From positions 1,980,001 to 2,012,000 of the forward strand of contig NZ_CP042911.1 of NCBI RefSeq assembly GCF_008065095.1: a stretch of DNA of 32,000 nucleotides, given 5' to 3'. The translations under genes were made by a program, and so were the position numbers. Origin of the DNA: Gemmata obscuriglobus. Its GTDB lineage: Bacteria; Planctomycetota; Planctomycetia; Gemmatales; Gemmataceae. The notes below the pieces were generated by a model. It saw nothing but the letters and a program-made list of their open reading frames with translations, searched no databases and was not told the origin of the DNA. Below are positions 17,235-24,746 of this stretch, piece by piece (position 1 is the stretch's first letter; the number at the start of each line of letters is the position of its first letter).

Positions 17235-19262
17235 CTACAGCCCTTTGTACGCCGCTTCGAGGTAGTTCACGTACCCCGGCACGTTCGTCACCGGCGACTG
17301 GCTCATCATGTCGCGCAGGCTCGATCGCAGGTCCGCGAGCCCGGCCCGCTGGTCCGCCCACGTCGCCGCCAGCGTCACGAGCTGGTCCGTGTCGTCGGCG
17401 ATGAACTCCGGCAGCCCCAGCGCCGTCAGCAGGCTCATGCTCTGCCGGCCCCGCGCGTCCCGGCCCGCCACCGTGAGCACGGGAACCCCCATCCACAGCG
17501 CGTCGCACGTGGTCACGGCGCCGCCGTAGGGGAACGGGTCCAGCATCAGGTCGAGCGGCTGGTACGCCTCGAAGTAATCGCTCCCCGACAGCCGGTACAC
17601 CAGCTCCAGCCGGTCGGTAACGATCCCGCGCTGCGTGAACCGGGCGGAGATCTCCGCCGACGACGCCACCGATTGGCCCGCCAGCAGCACCAGGCGCGAC
17701 TTCGGCACCGCCTTCAGTACGGCGGCCCACGCGTCGAGGCACGCGTCGGACAGCTTCGCCGGGTGGTTCAGGCACCCGAAAGTGAACGCCCGGCGGGCCG
17801 CGGGCGCCGCGCTCGGCACCGGCGCGTCCGCGGGCGGGACGTACACCCCGCCGAGGTCCGGCAGCCGGAGGAGCTTCTCCACGTAGAGCGCGTCGGCCCC
17901 GGGCGGGTCGGCCACCGCGTCCGTCACCCGGTAGTCCATCGCCCTCATGCCGGTCGTCGCCGGGTAGCCGAACAGGCTCAACTGAACCGGGGCCGGCTTG
18001 CGCGCGAACAGCAGCAGCCGGTTGCCCTGCCCGTGCCCGTTCAGGTCCGCGAGGATGTCGATCTCGTCGGTGCGGATCAGCTCCGCCGCCCGCTCGTCGG
18101 TGAGGTGCGGGATCGGGTGCCAGGTGTCCGCGAGCCGGTGCAGCCGCTCGTACACCTCGCCCTGCCGCCCCGAGTTGGCGTACACCGTGACGTGGAACTG
18201 CCGGCGGTCGTGGTGGGTCAGCAGCGCTTCCAGGAACGAGACCGCGGCCCGCGACTTGAACTCGCCGATCACGTACCCCACGCGGACGCGCCCCGGCCGG
18301 TTCGTGCGCCGCGGCTTCTCGGCCGGCGTCAGCGGGTCGGCGTGCTTCTGCGCCCAGGCGACGTGCTCGTCGCGGAGCTGTTCCGGGGTCAGCGTGCCCG
18401 GGTAGAGCAGGTTCGTCAGCAGCGCGCTTTGTGCGATCGGGTTCGGGGCCAGGTCCAGCGCCTTGCGGAGTGCCGCCACCGCCTCGCCCACCCGCCCCTG
18501 CTCGCCGAGGCTGGTGCCGAGGTTCGCCCACGCGTCGGCGAAGCCGTCGCGCAGTTCGACGGCGGCGCGGTACGCCCGCTGCGCCTCGTCGGCGCGGCCC
18601 ACCGCCTCGTACGCCACGCCGAGCGCGTTCTGCGCCTCCGGGTAGTCGGCGCGCAGCTCGACGGCCTTTTCCAACACCTCCACGGCCTGCTCGTGCTCGC
18701 CGGTTGCCGCGAGGTGCAGCCCCAGGTGGCAGTACCCGCGGGGCTGGTCCGGGAACCGCGCGACCGCCTCCCGGAACGCGCCGATCGCCTCCGCGCGCCG
18801 CCCGCACCGCGCCAGCGCGTCGCCGAGCAGCGTGAGCCCCTCGGGCACGTCCGGGTTCACCGTTACGGCGCGGGCGAAGCACTCGACGGACCGCGGCCAG
18901 TTGCCCACGTCGCCCGCGGCCAGACCCAGGTTGACGAGCACGGCGGGCGCGTCGGGCGAGAGCCGCAGCGCGTCCTCGTAGTGCGGGATGGCGTCGGCGG
19001 ACCGGCCGGTGCGGCGGTACAGGTTCGCGAGGTTGAAGTGCGTGTTGAGCTGGTCGGGGTCGGCGCCGAGCGATTCGAGGTACAGGCGCTCGGCCTCGTC
19101 GGCGTCCCCGCGCTGGGCCACGATCGCGGCCAGGTTGGTGAGCGCCGGCGGGTGGTTCGGGGTCGCGGTGAGGAGCTGCCGGTAGCCGTGCTCGGCTTCG
19201 TCGAGCGATCCGCTGCGGTGCGCCGCCACGGCGCGCTGGAAGAGGTCGTCCAGGGTGGCCAC
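17235..19262 (-). CDS. TPR-repeat protein fused to a GT41 (SPINDLY/OGT-like) glycosyltransferase domain
   Basis: The N-terminal half is tandem TPR-like repeats (...AEAIGAFREAVARFPDQPRGYCHLGLHL...). The C-terminal half has GT41-like blocks (VGYVIGEFKSRAAVSFLEALLTHHDR, ILADLNGHGQGNRLLLFARKPAPVQLSLFGYPATTGMRAMDYRVTD, FTFGCLNHPAKLSDACLDAWAAVLKAVPKSRLVLL). The start is set at GTG 19260-19262, with GGAGGG 4 nt upstream. The track start at 19367 is a TTG, so the start is uncertain by about 35 codons. Confidence 0.87.
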   Translation of the reverse strand: MATLDDLFQRAVAAHRSGSLDEAEHGYRQLLTATPNHPPALTNLAAIVAQRGDADEAERLYLESLGADPDQLNTHFNLANLYRRTGRSADAIPHYEDALRLSPDAPAVLVNLGLAAGDVGNWPRSVECFARAVTVNPDVPEGLTLLGDALARCGRRAEAIGAFREAVARFPDQPRGYCHLGLHLAATGEHEQAVEVLEKAVELRADYPEAQNALGVAYEAVGRADEAQRAYRAAVELRDGFADAWANLGTSLGEQGRVGEAVAALRKALDLAPNPIAQSALLTNLLYPGTLTPEQLRDEHVAWAQKHADPLTPAEKPRRTNRPGRVRVGYVIGEFKSRAAVSFLEALLTHHDRRQFHVTVYANSGRQGEVYERLHRLADTWHPIPHLTDERAAELIRTDEIDILADLNGHGQGNRLLLFARKPAPVQLSLFGYPATTGMRAMDYRVTDAVADPPGADALYVEKLLRLPDLGGVYVPPADAPVPSAAPAARRAFTFGCLNHPAKLSDACLDAWAAVLKAVPKSRLVLLAGQSVASSAEISARFTQRGIVTDRLELVYRLSGSDYFEAYQPLDLMLDPFPYGGAVTTCDALWMGVPVLTVAGRDARGRQSMSLLTALGLPEFIADDTDQLVTLAATWADQRAGLADLRSSLRDMMSQSPVTNVPGYVNYLEAAYKGL

Positions 19263-19403
19263 AGGTCCCTCCGGCCGGAGCGGGCGAACGGTGCGGGCTG
19301 TATTATCCTGAAACGCACCGGGGCGCCAAGTCGCGGGACGTTTCCCGTAACCCGGCGCCCGTGTCAAGTCGGCTCGTTGGGGCCGCTCTTCTCGGAAGGA
19401 GAG

Positions 19404-19646
19404 CTACTCTCCGACGTACGGCAGCAGGCCCATGAAGCGGGCCCGCTTCACCGCGGTGCCGACCTCGCGCTGGAACGTGGCGCACAGCCCGCTCCGCTTG
19501 CGGCTCACCAACTTCCCTTGCCCGGTGATCATCTTCTTCAGGTTGCCCACGTCCTTGTAGTCCACGAACGCCGGCCGCGGGCACCCGTCCTTCGTACAAA
19601 ACCGGCACCGACCCGCCCGCGACCGCCCCAACTTCTTCCGGTTCAT
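19404..19646 (-). CDS. rpsR: 30S ribosomal protein S18
   Basis: 80 aa: ...CRFCTKDGCPRPAFVDYKDVGNLKKMITGQGKLVSRKRSGLCATFQREVGTAVKRARFMGLLPY. This matches the S18 signature (DYKD...GKI..R..TG....QR....AIKRAR..ALLPY). Confidence 0.93.
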   Translation of the reverse strand: MNRKKLGRSRAGRCRFCTKDGCPRPAFVDYKDVGNLKKMITGQGKLVSRKRSGLCATFQREVGTAVKRARFMGLLPYVGE

Positions 19647-19781
19647 GTCGTTCTCAACGCCCCGTGTGGAACTGTAGTGACAGTTCCGGTGATTCGGAAA
19701 GGGTTAATATAGACGGCGGGACGAGGAACGGCAACGGACCGGTCGGCAGCGGTCTCTGCGCGCCAACGTGGCCCCGGGGCG

Positions 19782-20210
19782 TTACACCCCCAGGTCCTTT
19801 TTCAGCGCCGCGTACCAGTCCCTGAACCACCCGGTGCGCACCTTGTTGTTCCCGGTCGTCTCCATGGTCTGCACGATCATCTTCTTGATGTCGCGGTCGG
19901 GCTTCTTGCCGGCCATCGCGCGTTTCACGTTCCCGAAGATCAGGTCGAACTCGCGCTGGTCGATCTTCCCGTCGTTACCCGCGGCGGTGGCGAGCTGGTC
20001 CTCGATCTGTTTCTGCACCCGCGACTCCAGCGCGTAGCTGAACTCGTCGCACACCTGGTTCAGCGCCGCCAGCGCGCTCTCGACCGTCACGCCCAGTTCA
20101 ATCGCGATGCGGACGATCTCCCGCTCCTCGTTGCGGTCGATGTACTTGTCGTCGTACGCGCGGGCCTTGATCTCGTTGACGATCCGCTTCTTGATGTCGT
20201 CCGGGGACAT
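19782..20210 (-). CDS. hypothetical protein (weak TerB-like character)
   Basis: 142 aa from ATG 20208-20210: MSPDDIKKRIVNEIKARAYDDKYIDRNEEREIVRIAIELGV...DGKIDQREFDLIF... Composition is coding-like. The family assignment is not secure. Confidence 0.7.
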   Translation of the reverse strand: MSPDDIKKRIVNEIKARAYDDKYIDRNEEREIVRIAIELGVTVESALAALNQVCDEFSYALESRVQKQIEDQLATAAGNDGKIDQREFDLIFGNVKRAMAGKKPDRDIKKMIVQTMETTGNNKVRTGWFRDWYAALKKDLGV

Positions 20211-20326
20211 GGGGGCCGGGCTCCTGCTGCGTGGAGGGCTCCGCACCGGGCACCGTTCGGCGCCGCCGGGAGCGATGCGCGAATTTTAGCCCGCCGCCAT
20301 CGTCTCGCAATGACGGAGCCCGCCCC

Positions 20327-20713
20327 TCACTTGTCCTTCTTCTTTTTCTTCTTGTGCTCGTCCTTGTGGCCGTTCGCCGACGGGGCCAGCACCACCGACA
20401 GCTCCCCACCGGCGCCCACGAGCGCCTCGCGCAGCTTCTTGCCCTTCTTCTTCTCTTTCTTCTTCTCCTTCTTCGACGGGAACGCCCCTTCCGGCGGGTC
20501 CACCAGGTCTTCAATGAGTTCGCCGGGGCGCACGCCCAGAGCGCCGGCCAGAGCGATCAGGGTGCTGGCCCGCGGGTCGGCCTTCCGCGCCTGCTCCATC
20601 TTCGCCACCAGCGACAGGCTCAGGTCGGCCTTCTCCGCGATCGCCTCCTGCGACAGGCCCGCCGCGGCGCGCAGCGTTTGTAGCCGGTAGGCGATTTGCT
20701 TCGACAACCCCAT
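20327..20713 (-). CDS. XRE-family helix-turn-helix protein with a lysine-rich C-terminal tail
   Basis: 128 aa from ATG 20711-20713, with GAGGG 6 nt upstream. HTH_XRE-like segment LRAAAGLSQEAIAEKADLSLSLVAKMEQARKADPRASTLIALAGALGVRPGELI. Tail: SKKEKKKEKKKGKK...HKKKKKKDK. Confidence 0.82.
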   Translation of the reverse strand: MGLSKQIAYRLQTLRAAAGLSQEAIAEKADLSLSLVAKMEQARKADPRASTLIALAGALGVRPGELIEDLVDPPEGAFPSKKEKKKEKKKGKKLREALVGAGGELSVVLAPSANGHKDEHKKKKKKDK

Positions 20714-20773
20714 ACGCAACCCTCGTGAGGGAATGGAATGTGTGGAAAATGTGTAATCAATGAGATGATACCG

Positions 20774-20807
20774 AGAATCGGGTAGGACTCAAGTCCTACC
20801 CGATTCT
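20774..20807 (-). terminator. 15-bp perfect stem-loop downstream of the DHS-like gene (candidate intrinsic terminator)
   Basis: AGAATCGGGTAGGAC (20774-20788) pairs with GTCCTACCCGATTCT (20793-20807) around the loop TCAA. It starts 30 nt after the stop at 20837. On the minus strand it is followed by a moderately U-rich stretch (cggtatcatctcattgatt). Confidence 0.5.
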
Positions 20808-20836
20808 AGCGAGGGGGTGTGCGACGGAGGTGCGCG

Positions 20837-21802
20837 CTACGGCGCTTCTGCGGCGGCGGTGGCGGCGCCCCAGACGGCGGGCACGGTATCCTTGTGGTCG
20901 CCCTGGACGTAGAAGCTCTCGCCCCCGTCCGCGACCGTGCGGACCAGGATGGTCTTCCACGGCCGGTAGTAGTACCGCGGGTCGGTCTTCGGCGCCTGGG
21001 CGTGGTAGTCGTCGCCGAGCGGCAGCAGGTCGAACACCGCCGTGGTGAACGTGGCGATCCGCTCGCCCCTCTGGTGCGCCACGTTGCGGGCCATCGCCAG
21101 CGCCTTCAGGTACACCTCCGGCCCCATCACGGCCGTGCCGAAGTTGAGGACGATCCCGCCTTCCAGCTTCCGGATGTGCTCGGCGAACACCAGGAAGTCG
21201 GTGTAGCTGGCGCGGCCCAGCACCCCGCCGTCGGCGTTCGGGTGCTCGTGGATGATGTCGTACCCGATGCCGATGTGCACCGTGACCGGGATCTTGAGCC
21301 GGTACGCCGCGGCCAGGACGCTCGCGTGCTTGTACGGGAAGAACCCTTCCGCGATGGCCCGCCCGACGCTCTCGCCCAGCCCCATGCCGTCGCGCACCCC
21401 GCGGGTGATCGCGTCGTTCATCTTCCCGGTCTCGTCCCACAGCCCGAACTCCCCGGACGACACGTACCGGGCCACGCTCTCGGTGCTGGCCCCGATCAGC
21501 GCGAACTCCCAGTCGTGGATCGGCCCGGCGCCGTTCATGGCGATCAGCGACACCAGCCCGCGCTCCATGAGGTCGATCAGGTGCCGCTGCGCGCCGGCGC
21601 GCAGCACGTGCGCGCCCATCATGAGCACCCGGGCGGCCCCGCGGGCCTTCGCCTCGGCCAGCCGCCGGCCGATCGCGGGCAGCGACGGGTGGGCGAACGC
21701 GCCGGCGGCGAGCGGCAGCATTACGTCAAGGGTGAGGTCGTGCTGACGGTTGGCGAGCGGCTGGAGCCGGAGCTGCGAGCGGTTGAACTGCGGGTACGGC
21801 AT
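20837..21802 (-). CDS. deoxyhypusine synthase-like (DS family) protein
   Basis: 321 aa from ATG 21800-21802, with GAGGG upstream. ARVLMMGAHVLRAGAQRHLIDLMERGLVSLIAMNGAGPIHDWEFALIGASTESV and VTVHIGIGYDIIHEHP recall bacterial DS/COG1899-type proteins. The family call is from memory only. The 832-aa track ORF is a run-on. Confidence 0.75.
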   Translation of the reverse strand: MPYPQFNRSQLRLQPLANRQHDLTLDVMLPLAAGAFAHPSLPAIGRRLAEAKARGAARVLMMGAHVLRAGAQRHLIDLMERGLVSLIAMNGAGPIHDWEFALIGASTESVARYVSSGEFGLWDETGKMNDAITRGVRDGMGLGESVGRAIAEGFFPYKHASVLAAAYRLKIPVTVHIGIGYDIIHEHPNADGGVLGRASYTDFLVFAEHIRKLEGGIVLNFGTAVMGPEVYLKALAMARNVAHQRGERIATFTTAVFDLLPLGDDYHAQAPKTDPRYYYRPWKTILVRTVADGGESFYVQGDHKDTVPAVWGAATAAAEAP

Positions 21803-21830
21803 CGGTGCCCTCACGCAAAGAGAAAGGAGG

Positions 21831-21949
21831 TTGGCCGCAAAAACGCACAAGAGGCACAAAAAAGAACGTGGATCAGGGGACCGAATGTGGTATTCGGTCG
21901 GCCGCTCCCAGCCTTCTTTTTTGTGCCTCTTGTGCGTTTTTGCGGCCAA
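21831..21949. repeat. 119-nt perfect palindromic element (36-bp arms, 47-nt spacer)
   Basis: The arms TTGGCCGCAAAAACGCACAAGAGGCACAAAAAAGAA (21831-21866) and 21914-21949 are exact reverse complements. The spacer contains its own hairpin, CCGAAT-gtggt-ATTCGG (21881-21897). Imperfect pairing extends to about 21824-21956. It lies 12 nt after the patatin stop and 29 nt before the DHS-like start. Confidence 0.9.
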
Positions 21950-21960
21950 TCTTCTTCGTT

Positions 21961-23181
21961 TTATGGCTGTGTGGTGAACTCCAGCCCGGCGCGGGGCGGG
22001 TTGGTCTGCCCCGGGGCGGTGTCCGGCGGGAGCAGCTCCCAGGCGCCGCCGGCGCCCATCTGGTAGCCCACCAAGTACATGCGCTTCGACTCTTCCGGGT
22101 CGAACACCATGCTGCTGGACCGCCCCTCGAAGTTGTCCGGCAGGGCGATCAGCCCGAACCGCGAGTTGGTCACCCGGCACAGGGCGTGGAGCTTCACCGT
22201 GTCGGCCCGGAACAGGGCGTAGAGCGCGGTCGAGACGGCGTTCACGAGCGTCTCGAACGTGCCCGGGTTCTGCCGCGACCGGTTCTGGTGCGTTTTGCCC
22301 GCGGACAGGACCCACACGTTCGACCCGGGCGCCAGCGGGCCGTTGGTGCGCACGAACACCTGCGCCAGGTTGCCGGCGTCGGCGTGCAGCTCCTGGTAAC
22401 GGACCCCGTCGACGGTCACGTCGAACTTGACCGCCGGGACGATGCCCGGGATCGAGCACGCGGCCAGCACCACCTTGCGCACGATCTCCTTCGCGTCCGG
22501 GCGGCCGGAGCTGGCGATCCCGCCCAGGTCCCACACCACCAGCCGGTGCGTGAGCACGTTCGAGGTGGCGATGAACAGCCGCCGCCCGTCGGCCTGGGCC
22601 GCGCACAGGTCGGCCATGACCTCGTCGTCGATGTACCGCCCGAGCAGTTCCTCGAGCGGCGCCGAGGTCATCAGCGCGCCGCCGCTGAGCACCCCGCGGA
22701 CCGGGCGCCAGCGGAACAGGTCGGAGCGGCGCAGGCTCACGAAGATGCTGGACAGCGCGCGGTCGTACTTGGGGCCGAGGAACGCGAGGAACGCGGTCGG
22801 CGCGCCGCTGCTCACGCCCGTCGCCACGTCGAACGTGGGCCGGGTGCCGGCCGCGCTCCAGCCGACCAGCGCGCCGGCGGTGAACGCGGCGTACTTGCCC
22901 CCCCCGGACACGCACAGCACGTTCTGGGGGCGGCCCGCCGGCGGGGCGGCGGCCCCCTGCATCACGGCCGCCAGCCCGGCGACCGCGTCGGTGTCCGCGT
23001 CGTGGTAGTCGTCCCCGGGCCGGGCGTTGGACCAGACTTTGGTCGCGACCTCGTCCGGCACCGGCGGGCGCACCTTCGGCCCGAGGCACCCGACGGTCGC
23101 GGCGAGCGCCAGCGGCACCAGTCGCGTGAACAACTGCGCGATCCGGGCGCCCCCCAGCCGCCCGAACGAGCCGGTTCCCAT
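21961..23181 (-). CDS. patatin-like phospholipase family protein (signal peptide, possible lipoprotein)
   Basis: 406 aa from ATG 23179-23181. Oxyanion motif CVSGGGKYAAF, GxSxG serine motif TGVSSGA and an Asp dyad candidate HADAGN. N-terminus MGTGSFGRLGGARIAQLFTRLVPLALAATVGC. The track start at 23295 lies inside the IS terminal repeat and was rejected. Confidence 0.87.
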   Translation of the reverse strand: MGTGSFGRLGGARIAQLFTRLVPLALAATVGCLGPKVRPPVPDEVATKVWSNARPGDDYHDADTDAVAGLAAVMQGAAAPPAGRPQNVLCVSGGGKYAAFTAGALVGWSAAGTRPTFDVATGVSSGAPTAFLAFLGPKYDRALSSIFVSLRRSDLFRWRPVRGVLSGGALMTSAPLEELLGRYIDDEVMADLCAAQADGRRLFIATSNVLTHRLVVWDLGGIASSGRPDAKEIVRKVVLAACSIPGIVPAVKFDVTVDGVRYQELHADAGNLAQVFVRTNGPLAPGSNVWVLSAGKTHQNRSRQNPGTFETLVNAVSTALYALFRADTVKLHALCRVTNSRFGLIALPDNFEGRSSSMVFDPEESKRMYLVGYQMGAGGAWELLPPDTAPGQTNPPRAGLEFTTQP

Positions 23182-23262
23182 GCATACCCCCGCTACGGTC
23201 CCTTGTGGGCGGGAGGAGATAGCACCACTCGCACAACCGGTCAAGCGCCAAGTCGGGGTCCG

Positions 23263-23271
23263 CAGGGCTAC
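23263..23271. repeat. target-site duplication (left copy) of the ISKra4-family element
   Basis: CAGGGCTAC lies immediately outside the left TIR. An identical 9-mer lies at 24734-24742, immediately outside the right TIR. Confidence 0.8.
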
Positions 23272-24733
23272 GGGTGCCCCTCTGGATTTTGGCATTTGTG
23301 AACGGTATGGGAGCCGGCTGGGGAAGCCGTGGCAATCTGGGAGGGATACTGATGCCGACGCTGACTATAGAATACAGTACCGAATCCGAACGGTTGGCCT
23401 TGGAACAACTGCTGGGCTATTTCACGGACCTGAATCGTCTGGCCCAAGAAGCTCCCGACGGCACGGTCCTGGCCGCCTGCGAGAAGCATGCACTCGATCA
23501 AGGGCGCAAACTGTTGCGGACCACACTCGGTGCCGCCTTGGGTTCACGGATCGAGAAGGACGAGCAAAAAGGGGGCGCGCCCGCACCTGCGCGAAGACGC
23601 ACCCCGGGCGCTCCAAAGGACCGCACACCCGAACGGTTGTGACCGCCGTTGGTCCGATTGAGCTGGAGCGGAGGTATTTCCACTGCCCCACTTGCGGGCA
23701 AGGCGAGTTCGGAGCCGATCGCGGGCTGGGCCTCAGCGGCTACGTCACCCCGGGCGCCTGTCGGATGGCCGTCTTGCTGGGCGTCCAACAGTCCTTCGCC
23801 AAAGCCGAAGTGACTCTGGCCGAGGTGGTCGGCTGGGAATTGGACGACAACACCATCCGGCAACTCTGCCACGCCACGGCGGCCCAGGCCACCGCCACCC
23901 GGCAACACCGCTCGACCGCTGAAGTCTTCACCCGAGCCCAAGCCGCGGCCAGGACCGAGCGGCCGGTGGACAGCGAGTTGCACATCGACGCGGGCAAGGT
24001 CAACACTGTGGAGGACGGTTGGCGGGATCTCAAGATGGCCGTTTTTGCCCGGCGCGAGCGAAGTGCGCCGACCACGGCGATGGACTGGGAGGGACGCGAC
24101 CTGCCAACCCCGTTGGCGCGGTCGGTGATCGCGGCCGTGGAGGAGGCGAGCCTGTTCGGGAAGCGGTGTCACGACGAGGCCACGCGACTGGAGTGGACCG
24201 ATTCGAGCCAAATGACGGTACTGGGGATGGGGCCGAGTGGTTGTGGAACGTGTCCGAGCAGCACTTCCGTGACGCGACCCAGGTCCTCGACTTCTGGCAT
24301 GGGGCGGAGTACCTCGCCAGCGGGGCGAAGGCGGTGTTCGGTCCCGGGGGCCAAGCCGCGACGGCGTTTGTCCGGGGCAAGTCGAAGCTGCTGGAAGACG
24401 GATATCCCGGGTTGGTGGACTGGATCGGAGAACTGACCGGGCAGATGCCCGCCGGAGGCGACGGAGCCGCCTTGGGCGGCGTATTGAATTACTTTTGTGG
24501 CCAACAGGGGCGGTTGAATTATGCGGTGCGTTTGCGGCGGGGGCAGTCGATTGGAAGCGGGTTGGTGGAGGGAACGGTTAAGCAATTGCTCAACATCAGA
24601 ATGAAACAAACTGGGGCGAGATGGAATCTGGGGCATGTGGCACCGTTTGTCGAACTGGGGGCATTAGCAGCGGGGCCGGAGTGGAAGGGGTTTTGGGAAA
24701 ACCAATAACGGGCCAAAATCCAGAGGGGCACCC
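23272..24733 (+). mobile_element. ISKra4-family insertion sequence (1462 bp)
   Basis: Perfect 22-bp terminal inverted repeats: GGGTGCCCCTCTGGATTTTGGC (23272-23293) and its reverse complement (24712-24733). It is flanked by the 9-bp direct repeat CAGGGCTAC. A single transposase reading frame fills the element. GGG ends and a 9-bp direct repeat fit my recollection of the ISKra4 group. Confidence 0.8.
23352..24708 (+). pseudogene. ISKra4-family transposase, interrupted by two frameshifts
   Basis: Three consecutive frames: MPTLTIEYSTESERLALEQ...EKDEQKGG; then ...TVVTAVGPIELERRYFHCPTCGQGEFGADRGLGL...QMTVLG; then DGAEWLWNVSEQHFRDATQVLDFWHGAEYL...GQSIGSGLVEGTVKQLLNIRMKQTGARWN... The shifts are near 23570-23590 (A5G5 run) and 24215-24225 (GGGG runs). 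ATG 23352 is preceded by GGGAGGG. Confidence 0.8.
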
Positions 24734-24742
24734 CAGGGCTAC
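24734..24742. repeat. target-site duplication (right copy) of the ISKra4-family element, which is also the terminal CAGGG end of the ISAs1-family element
   Basis: CAGGGCTAC is followed by a near-repeat, AGGGCTAC (24743-24750). The 9-mer reappears as CAGGGCTGC, reverse-complemented, at 25960-25968. Confidence 0.7.
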
Positions 24743-24746
24743 AGGG

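Noticed and set aside
17019-19712. 897-aa plus-strand ORF, the longest in the track
   Set aside because: It is antisense to the TPR-GT41 gene and rpsR. Its product is Arg/Pro/Gly/Val-rich low complexity with no motifs. This is the typical shadow ORF of a high-GC gene.
20310-20690. Plus-strand ORF with a poly-Phe/Leu stretch (FFFFFLCSSL...FFFSFFFSFF)
   Set aside because: It is the antisense translation of the lysine-rich (AAG/AAA-rich) tail of the XRE gene, so it is not a real membrane protein.
20837-23181. Patatin plus DHS-like (Rossmann/SIR2-like superfamily) as a phage-defence pair, CBASS-like or similar
   Set aside because: There is no cyclase, sensor, NTPase or other defence-associated partner. 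The patatin protein carries an export signal, unlike CapV-type effectors. The DS-like protein looks like a metabolic enzyme.
23182-23295. N-terminal extension of the patatin ORF (track start at 23295)
   Set aside because: The ATG at 23293-23295 lies inside the left terminal inverted repeat of the ISKra4-family element. It therefore cannot be the native start. ATG 23179-23181, followed by a signal peptide, was used instead.
23560-23600. Programmed -1 ribosomal frameshifting as an explanation for the transposase frame changes
   Set aside because: In the zero frame the A5G5 run reads CAA AAA GGG, which is not a canonical X XXY YYZ slippery heptamer. Two shifts per gene in two unrelated IS families would also be needed. 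Mutation or sequencing error is simpler.
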